Positions 17,991 to 27,716 of a DNA stretch of 54,808 nt are shown here, piece by piece (the first letter of the stretch is position 1; each line of letters opens with the position of its first letter). This DNA is from an uncultured bacterium. GTDB taxonomy: Bacteria > Electryoneota > Electryoneia > Electryoneales > Electryoneaceae. A program made the translations under genes and the position numbers. Below the pieces are notes generated by a model that made no database searches, was not told the DNA's origin, and was given only the letters and a program-made list of their open reading frames with translations. The DNA lies in the NCBI GenBank assembly GCA_964404605.1, contig CAYOKT010000006.1, forward strand, positions 2,005-56,812. The letters run 5' to 3'.

Positions 17991-18387
17991 TGCCTCGATT
18001 CCTGACCACCGATGAGATCATCCAGATCCATCAAGACCAGGTGCGGCGATATGGCGGCATGGATGGCGTTCGTGATGCCGCCTCGCTCGAATCCGCCGTG
18101 GCCATGCCTGAAGCCGGGGTAGGCGACAAGTACTTTCATTCGGATCTCTTCGCCATGGCGGCAGCCTACTTGTTCCACATCGTGTCGGACCATCCATTTC
18201 TTGACGGGAACAAACGGGTCGGCGTGGTGGCGGCTCTGGTTTTCCTGTTTTAAACGGATTCGAGGTCACTGCCGGGGAAGAGGAGCTTGAGCAGATGGTT
18301 CTTGCTGTTGCGCGGGGGAAGCTGAAGAAAGAAACGATCGCGGAGTTCTTCCGCCTGCACAATCGGAAGATCGAGGATCATTCCTGA
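17987..18387 (+). pseudogene. doc: Doc (death-on-curing, Fic-fold) toxin, interrupted by a 1-nt frameshift
   Basis: First frame 17987..18253 carries the Fic/Doc motif HPFLDGNKR, then stops at TAA after LVFLF. The Doc C-terminus continues from 18247 to 18387 in the frame displaced forward by 2 nt (LNGFEVTAGEEELEQMVLAVARGKLKKETIAEFF). The break lies in a TTTT/AAA run. Confidence 0.8.
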
Positions 18388-18512
18388 CGAAACAGCGAAG
18401 AGCAAGACTTCCCTGAAGAAGCGTCATCTAAAGTAAGTGAGCTTACAAGAAGCGGCCCAGTCGTCTTTCCCAGACTCCCACAGGAAGTAGATTCCCGCCT
18501 TTGCTGGCACGG

Positions 18513-20042
18513 CTACAACGTCAGCACCAGCGAGACACGGGTGGTGAAGCCGACCGCCCGGACGGACGCGGTGCGGTACTCGATGAATGGCTGCCCACCG
18601 AAAACGATGGCGCGGAGCACCGTCTGCTCCGGGAAGCCGACCCAGCCGAGCCGCCCCTGCAGCGCCAGGTTCGGGGAGAGCAGCAGCTCGGCGCCGACAT
18701 CCGCGCCGATGCCCCACACCCGGGCGTCCTCCGCCTCCTCGAGGCTCTCGTCCTCGAGGAGGTCGTGGTCGATGAAGTTCACGCCGAAGACACCGTACTT
18801 CACCGCGCCCAGCAGGGCGAGGCGGCGGAGGTAAACCTTCTTTTCGAGCCCTATCATGCCATTGAAGACGATCAGCCCGCCCACCGGCACCCAGCCGCCG
18901 TCCATGATGGTGTACAGCTCCGACACCCCGGTCAGCCAGGCGACATTGTACTCGAGGGTCACCCCGATCAGGGGCCGCATCGCATCCCTGTCCACGGGGA
19001 GGGTGTAGGGCCCGCCGAAGAAAATCACCTCGTGGTCACGGAACCAGTCGAAGCCGGAGGTTTCGAGCGGGATGATGCCGACGGTGGGGGAGATGTTGAG
19101 CCCGAAGGCCGCCGCCTCGACCACCTGGTCGCCCTCGGAAGCCGTGCCGATCAGGATCTGCGCCGTGCTGCGGGCGGGCCCGATCCGCCTCGCCTTGCCG
19201 AAGGCGAGCATCTTCGTCCGGTTGCCGTTGGGGTCGAGCCGCCAGACCATGTAGCGCCGGTCCAGCTTGACGCCGAAATTCCGCCCGAGGTCGAAGGTGA
19301 ACCGGCCGGAGGCCGAGGAGGTGACCACCGCCTTGAGGCTGAACTCCTCCAGCTTGCGGACATGGGTCTTCATCTCCTCGAAGACCCCGACCACGCTGCG
19401 GCGGAAGGTGCGCTCCACCGACCGCTGCGCGCCCGGTCCCTTGAGCGCGGTCTCGGTGAGCAGCGTCATCGCGCCGATCAGCCCGCCGACACCCTCCGTG
19501 CTGCCGTACACCGTGCCGACCTTGGCCCGGTCCGCGGTGCGGTAGATGTCGAGGTGGGCCGCGATCTCGAAGGTGACATTGTCCTTCTCATCCTTCACCC
19601 GTTTCACCTTGTCGAACACGGGAACGAAGGCGTAGCCCCCCTGCACCGCCCGGACCAGGTCATCGAGGGTCACCCGCGCCTCGCCGATGCGGCCGTCCGG
19701 CTCCTTGCGACGCTGGACGAGGTCGCGGGCGTGCTCGCGCAGGTAGGCGTCCGAGTACTCGAGGAAGCGGTCGATATCGGCGTCCGGGGTCATCTCGATG
19801 AAGTCGAAACGCTCGAAGCCGGTGACGAAGGTCTCGAAGAACTGCTCCCGGATCCACCTCTGCCGGGCGGCGGGGACGCCCTGGGCGTTCGGCCCGTACT
19901 GGACGGGGAAGACGAAGAGGGTCTTCTTCGCCGACACTTCGAGTTCGCCCTCGGCGCGCGCCGCCGCGGTGAACACCGGCAGCCCCGCCAGCAGCCCCGC
20001 CAGCACGAGGAGGGCCGGACCCGGCCGTCCCATCCGCTTCAT
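18513..20042 (-). CDS. Secreted or outer-membrane protein of unknown function
   Basis: Trimmed to MKRMGRPGPALLVLAGLLAGLPVFTAAARA (signal peptide). 509 aa; the C-terminal third has beta-strand-like alternation. I recognise no family. Confidence 0.6.
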   Translation of the reverse strand: MKRMGRPGPALLVLAGLLAGLPVFTAAARAEGELEVSAKKTLFVFPVQYGPNAQGVPAARQRWIREQFFETFVTGFERFDFIEMTPDADIDRFLEYSDAYLREHARDLVQRRKEPDGRIGEARVTLDDLVRAVQGGYAFVPVFDKVKRVKDEKDNVTFEIAAHLDIYRTADRAKVGTVYGSTEGVGGLIGAMTLLTETALKGPGAQRSVERTFRRSVVGVFEEMKTHVRKLEEFSLKAVVTSSASGRFTFDLGRNFGVKLDRRYMVWRLDPNGNRTKMLAFGKARRIGPARSTAQILIGTASEGDQVVEAAAFGLNISPTVGIIPLETSGFDWFRDHEVIFFGGPYTLPVDRDAMRPLIGVTLEYNVAWLTGVSELYTIMDGGWVPVGGLIVFNGMIGLEKKVYLRRLALLGAVKYGVFGVNFIDHDLLEDESLEEAEDARVWGIGADVGAELLLSPNLALQGRLGWVGFPEQTVLRAIVFGGQPFIEYRTASVRAVGFTTRVSLVLTL

Positions 20043-20103
20043 CGCTCGTCTCCCCGTTCGCCCTTCCATTGGAGGTTCCCCCGTGAGTGTACACCCCCCG
20101 CCG

Positions 20104-21099
20104 TCAGTCGCCGGAGGCCCAGCGTTCGAGAATCTGGATGCCGTTGATCGCCGCGCCCTTCCGCAGGTTGTCGGCGACCACCCAGAGGAGGAAGGTGTCC
20201 GGCCGGTCGGGGTGGCGCCGCAGGCGGCCGGCGAAGACACCGTCCCGCCCGGCGATCTCGACCGGCGTCGGCACCCGCAGGGGGTCCCGCTCGAAGCGGA
20301 GCCCCTCCGCCGCGGCGAGGCACTCCGCGACCTCCTCCGGCGAGGGCGCCGCCGCGAGGGTCGCCTCCAGCGCAACGCCGTGCCCCACCCCCACCGGCAC
20401 GCGCACCGCGGTGGCGGAGACGGCGAGGGAACCGGCGCCGAGAATCTTCTTCAGCTCCCGCATGATCTTCCGCTCCTCGCCGGTGTACCCCTCGCCGCCG
20501 GGGGTGCCGATCAGCGGGATGACATTGCCGTGGATCGCGCGGGGGAACGGCCCGGCTCCGGCCGGTCCGCCGCTCACCTCGGCGCGCCAGGCCTCCAGCG
20601 CCTCGCGCCCCGCCCCGCTGACCGCCTGGTAGCTGGCGATGCCGAGGCGCTCGAGCCCCCATGCCCGGTGCAGCGGCGCGACCGCCACCGCGATCTGCGC
20701 CGTGGTGCAGTTCGGGTTCGCCACCAGGCCGCGGGCATGCGCGACCTCGCTCCCGTTCACCTCGGGCACCACCAGGGGCACCCCGGGGTCGAGACGGAAG
20801 CGGGCGCTGTTGTCGATCACCCGCACCCCGGCTTCGCGCCAGGCGGGCACCAGGCGGCCGGCGACCTCGTCCGGCGCGCAGAAGAAGGCGTAGTCCACCG
20901 GCGGCGGGCTGTCCGGCGCGGGGAGAACCTCCACGGCCCTCCCCGCGAGGGTCAGGGTGCGCGCGACGCCGCGATCGGCGGCGAAGGCGCGCAGCTCCGC
21001 GGGGGGGTCGGGACGGGCGAGCAGCGCCTCGAGGGCCGTGCTCCCCACGAGGCCGGTGGCGCCGACCACCGCGACGCGTACCCCGGTGAGATCCGTCAT
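20104..21099 (-). CDS. asd: Aspartate-semialdehyde dehydrogenase
   Basis: Trimmed to MTDLTGVRVAVVGATGLVG. Active-site context NPNCTTAQ and SYQAVSGAG. Confidence 0.9.
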   Translation of the reverse strand: MTDLTGVRVAVVGATGLVGSTALEALLARPDPPAELRAFAADRGVARTLTLAGRAVEVLPAPDSPPPVDYAFFCAPDEVAGRLVPAWREAGVRVIDNSARFRLDPGVPLVVPEVNGSEVAHARGLVANPNCTTAQIAVAVAPLHRAWGLERLGIASYQAVSGAGREALEAWRAEVSGGPAGAGPFPRAIHGNVIPLIGTPGGEGYTGEERKIMRELKKILGAGSLAVSATAVRVPVGVGHGVALEATLAAAPSPEEVAECLAAAEGLRFERDPLRVPTPVEIAGRDGVFAGRLRRHPDRPDTFLLWVVADNLRKGAAINGIQILERWASGD

Positions 21100-21337
21100 C
21101 CTGCCGTGCTCCCTTTCCTGTGGCGAACCCGCCACAGCGTGGCACATCCATTCCGCCCGGAAACCCCGATGAAACCCGGGGCGAGCCCCGGGCCACCCGT
21201 CCGCAACTCAGCACGGACAGGGGAATGCGCCGTCTCTCTTTCCCCGCACCGCGACAGTCCCCGCGGCCATCCTGCGGCAGAGTGTGCCAACCGCGTGCCA
21301 GTCCGCGCGGCGCTTGTACGCCGAAAGGAAATGCTGC

Positions 21338-21365
21338 GAAGAAAAACGGGGCCCGAAGGCCCCGT
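21338..21365 (-). terminator. Rho-independent terminator after the acyl-CoA dehydrogenase gene
   Basis: ACGGGGCC-CGAA-GGCCCCGT 8-bp stem. On the minus strand it is followed by TTTTTCTTC, 12 nt after the stop. Confidence 0.6.
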
Positions 21366-21376
21366 GTCAACCGCCC

Positions 21377-22534
21377 TCAGGCGTGTTTCGCCAGTTGCCT
21401 GATCAGGCTCCGCGCGATCACCATGCGGAGGATCTGGTTCGTCCCCTCGTAGATCTGGGTGATCTTGGCGTCGCGCATGAACTTCTCCACCGGGTAGTCG
21501 CGCATGTAGCCGTACCCGCCGAAGATCTGCACCGCGTCGGTGGTCACCTTCATCGCGGTGTCGCTGGCCATCACCTTGCACATGCTCGACTCCTTGGCGA
21601 CGTTTTTCTCGCCGGCGTCGAGGTTCCGCGACACGGCGTAGATCAGCGCCCTCGAGGCCTCGATCTGGGTCGCCATGTCGGCGAGCATGAACTGGATCGC
21701 CTGGAACTGGATGATGCTCTGGCCGAACTGTTCACGGGTGCGGGCGTATTCGAGGGCGAGGTCCAGCGCGCCCTGGGCGATGCCGAGGGCCTGCGCCGCC
21801 ACACCGGGCCGGCTCTTGTCGAGGGTTTTCATCGCGACCATGAACCCCTCGCCCTCGCGGCCGATCATATTCTCCACCGGTACCTCGCAGTCCTCGAAGA
21901 CCAGCTCGCGGGTGCACGAGGCCCGGATGCCCATCTTGTCCTCTTCCTTGCCGTAGGAGAAGCCGGGCATGCCCTCCTCGACGATGAACGCGCTGGCGCC
22001 GCGGGTGCCCTTTCCCGGGTCGGTGTTGGCGATCACCGTGTAGATCTTCGCCGCGCCGCCGTTGGTGATGAACACCTTGTTGCCGTTGAGGATGTACCGG
22101 TCGCCCTTCCTCACGGCGCGGGTCTTGATGCTGCCGGCATCGCTGCCCGCGGAGGGTTCGGTGAGGCCGAAACCGGCGAGCATCTTGCCCTCGGCCAGGG
22201 CCGGCAGGTACCTCTTCTTCTGCTCGTCGTTGGCGCTGATGACGATCGGGAAGGTTCCCAGCGCGGTGGCGGCCACCGCCAGGGCGATGCCGCCGCAGTA
22301 CCGGGAGAGCTCCTCGGTCACCAGGACGAGATCCAACACCCCGCGGCCCAGGCCGCCATACTCCTCGGGGATGGAGATGCCGAAGAAACCGGCCTCGGCG
22401 AACACCTTCACGATATCCCATGGAAACGTGCCCTCGCGGTCGTACTGGGCCGCCACGGGCTTGATACGCTCCCGACCGATTCGCCGGGCCGATTGAATTA
22501 ACTCCTGCTGGAACTCGTCGAAGTAATAATTCAT
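21377..22534 (-). CDS. Acyl-CoA dehydrogenase (short/butyryl-CoA dehydrogenase-like)
   Basis: 385 aa; full-length ACAD pattern (GFGLTEPSAGSD, ILNGNKVFITNGG, QIFGGYGYMRDYPVEKFMRDAKITQIYEGTNQI). Confidence 0.9.
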   Translation of the reverse strand: MNYYFDEFQQELIQSARRIGRERIKPVAAQYDREGTFPWDIVKVFAEAGFFGISIPEEYGGLGRGVLDLVLVTEELSRYCGGIALAVAATALGTFPIVISANDEQKKRYLPALAEGKMLAGFGLTEPSAGSDAGSIKTRAVRKGDRYILNGNKVFITNGGAAKIYTVIANTDPGKGTRGASAFIVEEGMPGFSYGKEEDKMGIRASCTRELVFEDCEVPVENMIGREGEGFMVAMKTLDKSRPGVAAQALGIAQGALDLALEYARTREQFGQSIIQFQAIQFMLADMATQIEASRALIYAVSRNLDAGEKNVAKESSMCKVMASDTAMKVTTDAVQIFGGYGYMRDYPVEKFMRDAKITQIYEGTNQILRMVIARSLIRQLAKHA

Positions 22535-22554
22535 GCCGTTATCCCTCGCCTCCG

Positions 22555-23337
22555 CTATCCATTGCGCAGCCCATAATGGGCGACAGCCTCACGGGCCGCC
22601 TGCTGTTCCGCCTGTTTCTTGCTCCGCCCGACCCCGGTCCCGACCTTCTTCTCTCCCACCGACACCTCGACATGAAAGGTCTTCTCGTGATCCGGGCCGT
22701 CCTCGGCCACGACACGGTAACGCGGCAGCCCGAGGGCGTTTCCCTGCACGTATTCGAGCAACAGGCTCTTGTAGTTTTTTTCCTTTTCCCGGATCAGGCG
22801 TCCATCGAGGTCATCGGTGATGAACCTCCGGACGAAGACGCGCGCCGGCTCCAGTCCGCCGTCCAGGAAGATCGCGCCGATCACCGCCTCGAGCGCATCT
22901 TCGAGGATGCTGCGCCGGTTGCGTCCGCCGCTGCGCGCCTCGCTCGAGGAGATCTGCATGTAGGAACCGAGACCGATGCGGCGCGCCTTGTTGGCGAGTT
23001 GACGGCCGCTGACCGCGAGGCTCTTCAGCCGCGTGAGATGCCCTTCGCGGGAGGTCGGGTTGTCCTGGTAGAGCTGCTCGGCGACAAGCAGGTCGAGGAC
23101 GGCGTCCCCGAGGAACTCCAACCGCTCGTTCGTCGCCCCGCGCCGCTCACCCGTCTCGAAGATAATGCTTCTGTGCTTCAGCGCGCAGACCAGGAGTTCG
23201 GGATCGCGAAAGCGATACCCGATCATCCGCTCGAACTCCTCGAGACCTCTCTCCGCTCCGGGGCGCTTCGCCTTCCGGCGGCGCCGAACGAGCCACCTCA
23301 ACGTGAGCACAACCCCTCGATCATACCTCCCGTTCAC
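22555..23337 (-). CDS. rnc: Ribonuclease III
   Basis: RNase III signature NERLEFLGDAVL plus a C-terminal dsRBD. The first ATG gives a ~30-aa basic N-terminal extension overlapping the fabF end by 17 nt, so the true start may lie further downstream. Confidence 0.88.
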   Translation of the reverse strand: MNGRYDRGVVLTLRWLVRRRRKAKRPGAERGLEEFERMIGYRFRDPELLVCALKHRSIIFETGERRGATNERLEFLGDAVLDLLVAEQLYQDNPTSREGHLTRLKSLAVSGRQLANKARRIGLGSYMQISSSEARSGGRNRRSILEDALEAVIGAIFLDGGLEPARVFVRRFITDDLDGRLIREKEKNYKSLLLEYVQGNALGLPRYRVVAEDGPDHEKTFHVEVSVGEKKVGTGVGRSKKQAEQQAAREAVAHYGLRNG

Positions 23338-24574
23338 CCCGATACCGCCGCACGATCAGCGACGCGTTATGCCCCCCGAAACCGAAGGTGTTGCTCAGCG
23401 CCACCTCCAGCTCGCGCTCCTCGTACTTGTTGGGAACATAGTAGAGGTCGCACTCGGGGTCCGGTGTGACGTAGTTGATTGTCGGCGGCAGTTTGCCTTC
23501 GCGGACCGCCTGGGTGGCGGCGATCAGCTCCACCGCGCCCGCCGCGCCGAGAAGATGCCCGATCATCGATTTCGTCGAGCTGACCGCCAGTTTCCAGGCA
23601 TGCTCCCCGAAAGCGGTCTTGATCGCTATGGTCTCGATCTCGTCGTTGTACTTCGTCGAGGTGCCGTGCGCATTGATGTACCCGATCTCCTCGGGATGCA
23701 CCCCGGCGCTCTTCATCGCCGCCTTCATCGACTGCACGGCTCCCACCCCGCCGGGTGCCGGCGCAGTGAGGTGATAGGCATCCGCGGAGAAGCCGTACCC
23801 GGCGATCTCCGCGAGGATTTCCGCCCCCCGCCGCACCGCGTGTTCCTCGGTCTCAATGACGAGGATCGCCGCCCCTTCGCCCATGACGAAACCGTCCCGG
23901 TCCGCATCGAAGGGGCGCGAGGCGTGCTCCGGATCGTCGTTGCGCGTGCTGATGGCGTTCATCGCGTTGAACCCCGCCACCCCGGCCCGGGTGAGCGGCG
24001 CCTCGGTGCCGCCGGTGATCATCACGTCCGCGTCCCCGGCCCGCAGGTGCATCATCGCGAGGCCGATGGAGTGCGATGCGGTGGCACAGGCGGACTGCAC
24101 GGAAAAATTGGGACCCTTCAGTCCCCAGCGGATGGAGATGTGCCCGGCGGCGATGTCGCCGATCATCATCGGGATGAAGAACGGACTGACCCGGGAAGGA
24201 CCGGCATCGTTGAGCCTGTTCACCTGATCTTCATAGGTGTACATCCCGCCGATGCCCGACCCGACCACCACCCCGACCCGGTTCCGATCCACCCTGTCGA
24301 AGTCCAGCCGGGATTGATCGATCGCCTGGATGGCAGCCGCGATGGCGAACTGGCTGAACAGGTCCATCCGCCGGGAGGTTTTACGGTCCATGCAATCGCC
24401 CGGGTCGAACCCCTTCACCTCGCAGGCGAAGGTGGTCTTGAACCCGGTCGTGTCGAAACGCGTAATCGGGCCTGCGCCGCTTTTCCCGGCGAGCAGGGCG
24501 GACCAATACTCCTCCAGCCCAATGCCCACCGGGGAGAGCACACCCATCCCGGTGATCACCACGCGATTGGCCAT
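23321..24574 (-). CDS. fabF: 3-oxoacyl-ACP synthase II
   Basis: 417 aa. Begins MANRVVITGMG, has the active-site region SACATASHSIG and the C-terminal FGFGGHNASL. Confidence 0.93.
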   Translation of the reverse strand: MANRVVITGMGVLSPVGIGLEEYWSALLAGKSGAGPITRFDTTGFKTTFACEVKGFDPGDCMDRKTSRRMDLFSQFAIAAAIQAIDQSRLDFDRVDRNRVGVVVGSGIGGMYTYEDQVNRLNDAGPSRVSPFFIPMMIGDIAAGHISIRWGLKGPNFSVQSACATASHSIGLAMMHLRAGDADVMITGGTEAPLTRAGVAGFNAMNAISTRNDDPEHASRPFDADRDGFVMGEGAAILVIETEEHAVRRGAEILAEIAGYGFSADAYHLTAPAPGGVGAVQSMKAAMKSAGVHPEEIGYINAHGTSTKYNDEIETIAIKTAFGEHAWKLAVSSTKSMIGHLLGAAGAVELIAATQAVREGKLPPTINYVTPDPECDLYYVPNKYEERELEVALSNTFGFGGHNASLIVRRYRGEREV

Positions 24575-24601
24575 CGTCTTCTCCGGTGGTCAGCGCGCCG
24601 G

Positions 24602-24853
24602 TCAGTCCTTCTCGGCGATCTTCTGATCGAGGTACTCGATGGCGGCGCCGACCGTGGCCAGCTTGTCCGCGTCCTCGTCCGGAATCTCGACACCGAACGC
24701 CTCTTCGAACGCCATCACCAGCTCGACCGTGTCGAGGCTGTCGGCGCCGAGGTCGTCGATGAACGAGGCCTCCAGGGTGACCTCGTTAATGTCCACGCCA
24801 AGCTGTTCGGCGATGATCTCCTTGACCTTCTGCACTTGCTCTTCGCTTGCCAT
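24602..24853 (-). CDS. acpP: Acyl carrier protein
   Basis: 83 aa with the phosphopantetheine site [14 protein letters not shown]. Confidence 0.95.
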   Translation of the reverse strand: MASEEQVQKVKEIIAEQLGVDINEVTLEASFIDDLGADSLDTVELVMAFEEAFGVEIPDEDADKLATVGAAIEYLDQKIAEKD

Positions 24854-24912
24854 TCGAGAAGTCCTCCACGTTGCTGGTTTTCCACGGAACCGGAAAAATA
24901 CAACAATTCCCT

Positions 24913-25656
24913 CTACATCACCATGCCGCCGTCGATATGTATTACCTGTCCGGTGATGAAGGAGGCGTCGGGAGAGACGAGGAAACTCACCACCGCCGCG
25001 ACATCCTCCGCCGTCCCCGCACGTCCGAGAGGCGTCATGTTGAGAAACTGCTCACGCACCGCCAGCGGTAGAACGGCGGTCATCTCCGTCTCGATGTACC
25101 CCGGCGCCAGCGCATTCACCGTGATGCCGCGCGCCGCCAGCTCCTTCGCCGCCGACTTGGTCAGCCCGATCAGGCCCGCCTTCGAGGCGGAGTAGTTCGC
25201 CTGGCCGGCATTGCCCATCACGCCGACCACCGAGGCGATGTTCACGATCCTCCCGGAGCGCTGCTTCATCATCACCTTGGCGGCCGCCCGGGTGCAGAGG
25301 AAGGCGCCCTTCAGGTTCACCGTGACGACCCTGTCCCAATCCTCTTCCTTCATCCGGACCAGCAGCGTGTCGCGGGTGATCCCGGCGTTGTTCACCAGGA
25401 TGTCCAGGGAGCCCGCCTCGCCGGTGATCCGCCGCACCGCCTCCTCCACCGAGGCGGCGCTGGTGACATCGCCGGCCAGCGCCAGGACCTTGTGCCCCTC
25501 CCCGCGCAGCGCCCCGGCCGCCTCCTCCACGGCCTCCGCGGCGATATCGTGAATCGCCACCACGGCGCCGTCCTCCGCCAGCCGCCGGGCGATCGAGAGA
25601 CCGATCCCACGGCCGCTCCCGGTCACCCACGCCACCTTGCCTTCGAGTGACGCCAT
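24913..25656 (-). CDS. fabG: 3-oxoacyl-ACP reductase
   Basis: 247 aa SDR with [12 protein letters not shown] and YSASKAG motifs. Sits in the fab cluster. Confidence 0.9.
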   Translation of the reverse strand: MASLEGKVAWVTGSGRGIGLSIARRLAEDGAVVAIHDIAAEAVEEAAGALRGEGHKVLALAGDVTSAASVEEAVRRITGEAGSLDILVNNAGITRDTLLVRMKEEDWDRVVTVNLKGAFLCTRAAAKVMMKQRSGRIVNIASVVGVMGNAGQANYSASKAGLIGLTKSAAKELAARGITVNALAPGYIETEMTAVLPLAVREQFLNMTPLGRAGTAEDVAAVVSFLVSPDASFITGQVIHIDGGMVM

Positions 25657-25713
25657 ATCCGCTCCCTCGCTTGTTCATCCCCGCCGGACCCGGCGGGCCG
25701 GCCCGCCTGACGG

Positions 25714-26640
25714 CTACTCCGCCGCGAACGATTCCAACTGCTCCAGCGTCCCGACGCCGGTGATCTCCGCCTCGCCGAGGATCCGCTTCGCCAGCCCCTG
25801 GAGCACCCTCCCGGGGCCGGTTTCGATGTACCGCCGGACGCCGCCCTCGGCCATCGCGCGCAGGGTGTCCTCCCAGCGGACCGGCGAAGTCAGCTGCTCG
25901 ATCAGCCGGCGTCGGATCTCCCCGGCGTCCGTGGTCGGCCGCGCGGTCACGTTCAGGTAGACGGGGATCTCCGCGTCCCGCATCGGCGCCCGGCGCACGG
26001 CTTCCGCCAGTGTTTCGCCCGCCGGGGCCATCAGGGGCGAATGGAAGGCGCCGGAGACGACAAGTTGCACCGCCCGCCTCGCCCCCGCCTCCTTCGCCGC
26101 CTCCATCGCGCGCAGAACCGCCGCCCGGTCCCCGCTGATGACGATCTGCCCGGGGGCGTTCAGGTTCGCCGCCACCACGACCTCGCCGCCCGAGGACGCC
26201 TGCCGGCAGATCTCCTCGACCCGGCCCGCCTCCAACCCCAGAAGGGCCGCCATCGTTCCGGGCCGGTCCTCGCCCGCGTGCTGCATCAGCTCACCGCGCA
26301 GGGCGACCAGCTCCAGCCCGGCCTCGAAGTCCAGCGCGCCCGCGGCGACCAGCGCGGCGTACTCGCCGACGCTGTGACCCGCGACGGCGTGCGGCACGAC
26401 ACCCCGTTCGACCAGCAGGCTCGCGATCAGCGTCGAGTGGACGAACAGCGCCGGCTGGGTCACCCGCGTCTGCTTGAGCTCCTCCTCCGGCCCCTCGAAA
26501 CAGATCTTCCTCAGGTCGAAAGGCAACATCGCACCGGCGCGGTCGAACCACTCCCGCGCCCGGGGCAGGCCGCCGTCCAGGTCCGCCCCCATGCCGACCG
26601 CCTGGGAGCCCTGGCCGGGAAAGAGAAACGCCGTCTTCAT
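25714..26640 (-). CDS. fabD: Malonyl-CoA:ACP transacylase
   Basis: Track ORF 25714..27603 trimmed to MKTAFLFPGQGSQ at 26640. Active site GHSVGEY. The upstream part of the track ORF runs through fabH in another frame. Confidence 0.92.
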   Translation of the reverse strand: MKTAFLFPGQGSQAVGMGADLDGGLPRAREWFDRAGAMLPFDLRKICFEGPEEELKQTRVTQPALFVHSTLIASLLVERGVVPHAVAGHSVGEYAALVAAGALDFEAGLELVALRGELMQHAGEDRPGTMAALLGLEAGRVEEICRQASSGGEVVVAANLNAPGQIVISGDRAAVLRAMEAAKEAGARRAVQLVVSGAFHSPLMAPAGETLAEAVRRAPMRDAEIPVYLNVTARPTTDAGEIRRRLIEQLTSPVRWEDTLRAMAEGGVRRYIETGPGRVLQGLAKRILGEAEITGVGTLEQLESFAAE

Positions 26641-26714
26641 GGATGTAGAACCCGTTTGCCAACCTCCCTGCGTGGCGTCGCGGCCGTCGGAAAGCCGATC
26701 CAGATCGTTGCTGC

Positions 26715-27716
26715 TCAGAAGCGGATGACCGCCGAGCCCCAGGTAAACCCGCCGCCGAAGGCGACGGCCAGCACGGTAGTGCCAGGCTTGATCCGCCCGC
26801 GCTCCCGCGCCTCGTCCAGGGCGATGGGGATGGAAGCCGACGAGGTGTTGCCATACTCGTCGATGTTGATCAGCACCTTGTCGCGGCTGAATCCGAAGCG
26901 CTTCGCGGTGGCGTCGATGATCCGCATATTCGCCTGGTGAGGCACGAGGAGGTCGATCTGTTCCGGGGTCAGCTTCGCCCGCTTCATCGCGACCTCCGCC
27001 GCCTCCGCCATGGTGCGCACGGCGTGCTTGAACACCTCGTTGCCCGCCATCCTGAGGTAGAAATCCTCCGCCGTCGTCCGGGGGTCCTTCCCCGGCTTGA
27101 GGGAGCCGCCGCCGTGGCAATAGAGCAGGTGGGCGAGATCCCCGTTGGAGCCGGTGTGCGTCGAAAGGATTCCGATGCTGTCGTCCTCCGTGGGGACGAT
27201 CACCGCCGCGCCCGCGCCGTCGCCGAACAGGACGCAGGTCGTTCGGTCGGAATAATCGGTCACGCTGGAAAGGATCTCCGAGCCGATGGCGAGAACGACC
27301 TTCGCGCGCCCGGCCCGGATGGCGTTGTCCCCGATCTCCAGCGCGTAGAGAAAACCGCTGCAGGCGGCGCCGATATCGAAGGTCGCCGCGTTGTACGCGC
27401 CCAGCTTTGACTGGACGAAATTCGCGGTGGAGGGAAACTTCGCATCGCCGGTGACCGTGCCGATAATGATCAGGTCGACCTGGTCGGGCGTGAGCCCGGC
27501 CTGGGCGAGAGCCTTGCGCGAGGCATCGGTGCAGAGGTCGGAGGTGGGGGTGCCCGGCTCGACGACGTGGCGGCGTTTGATCCCGGTGCGCGCCGTGATC
27601 CACTCGTCCGAGGTCTCCACCATCTTCTCGAAATCCGCGTTGGTGAGGACCCGTTCCGGCACCGACCGGCCCATGCCGGCGATTCGCGAGGCGGGCTTCA
27701 ACAGTTCACTCGTCAT
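26715..27716 (-). CDS. fabH: 3-oxoacyl-ACP synthase III
   Basis: Contains WITARTGI, ACSGF and the C-terminal GGGFTWG. Start is the ATG at 27716 or at 27737; both overlap the plsX end. Confidence 0.9.
   Translation of the reverse strand: MTSELLKPASRIAGMGRSVPERVLTNADFEKMVETSDEWITARTGIKRRHVVEPGTPTSDLCTDASRKALAQAGLTPDQVDLIIIGTVTGDAKFPSTANFVQSKLGAYNAATFDIGAACSGFLYALEIGDNAIRAGRAKVVLAIGSEILSSVTDYSDRTTCVLFGDGAGAAVIVPTEDDSIGILSTHTGSNGDLAHLLYCHGGGSLKPGKDPRTTAEDFYLRMAGNEVFKHAVRTMAEAAEVAMKRAKLTPEQIDLLVPHQANMRIIDATAKRFGFSRDKVLINIDEYGNTSSASIPIALDEARERGRIKPGTTVLAVAFGGGFTWGSAVIRF

Noticed and set aside
26641-27603. N-terminal 321-aa extension of the fabD track ORF (25714..27603)
   Set aside because: The extension runs through fabH in a different frame and is Arg/Gly/His-rich. 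FabD homology starts at MKTAFLFPGQGSQ (26640).
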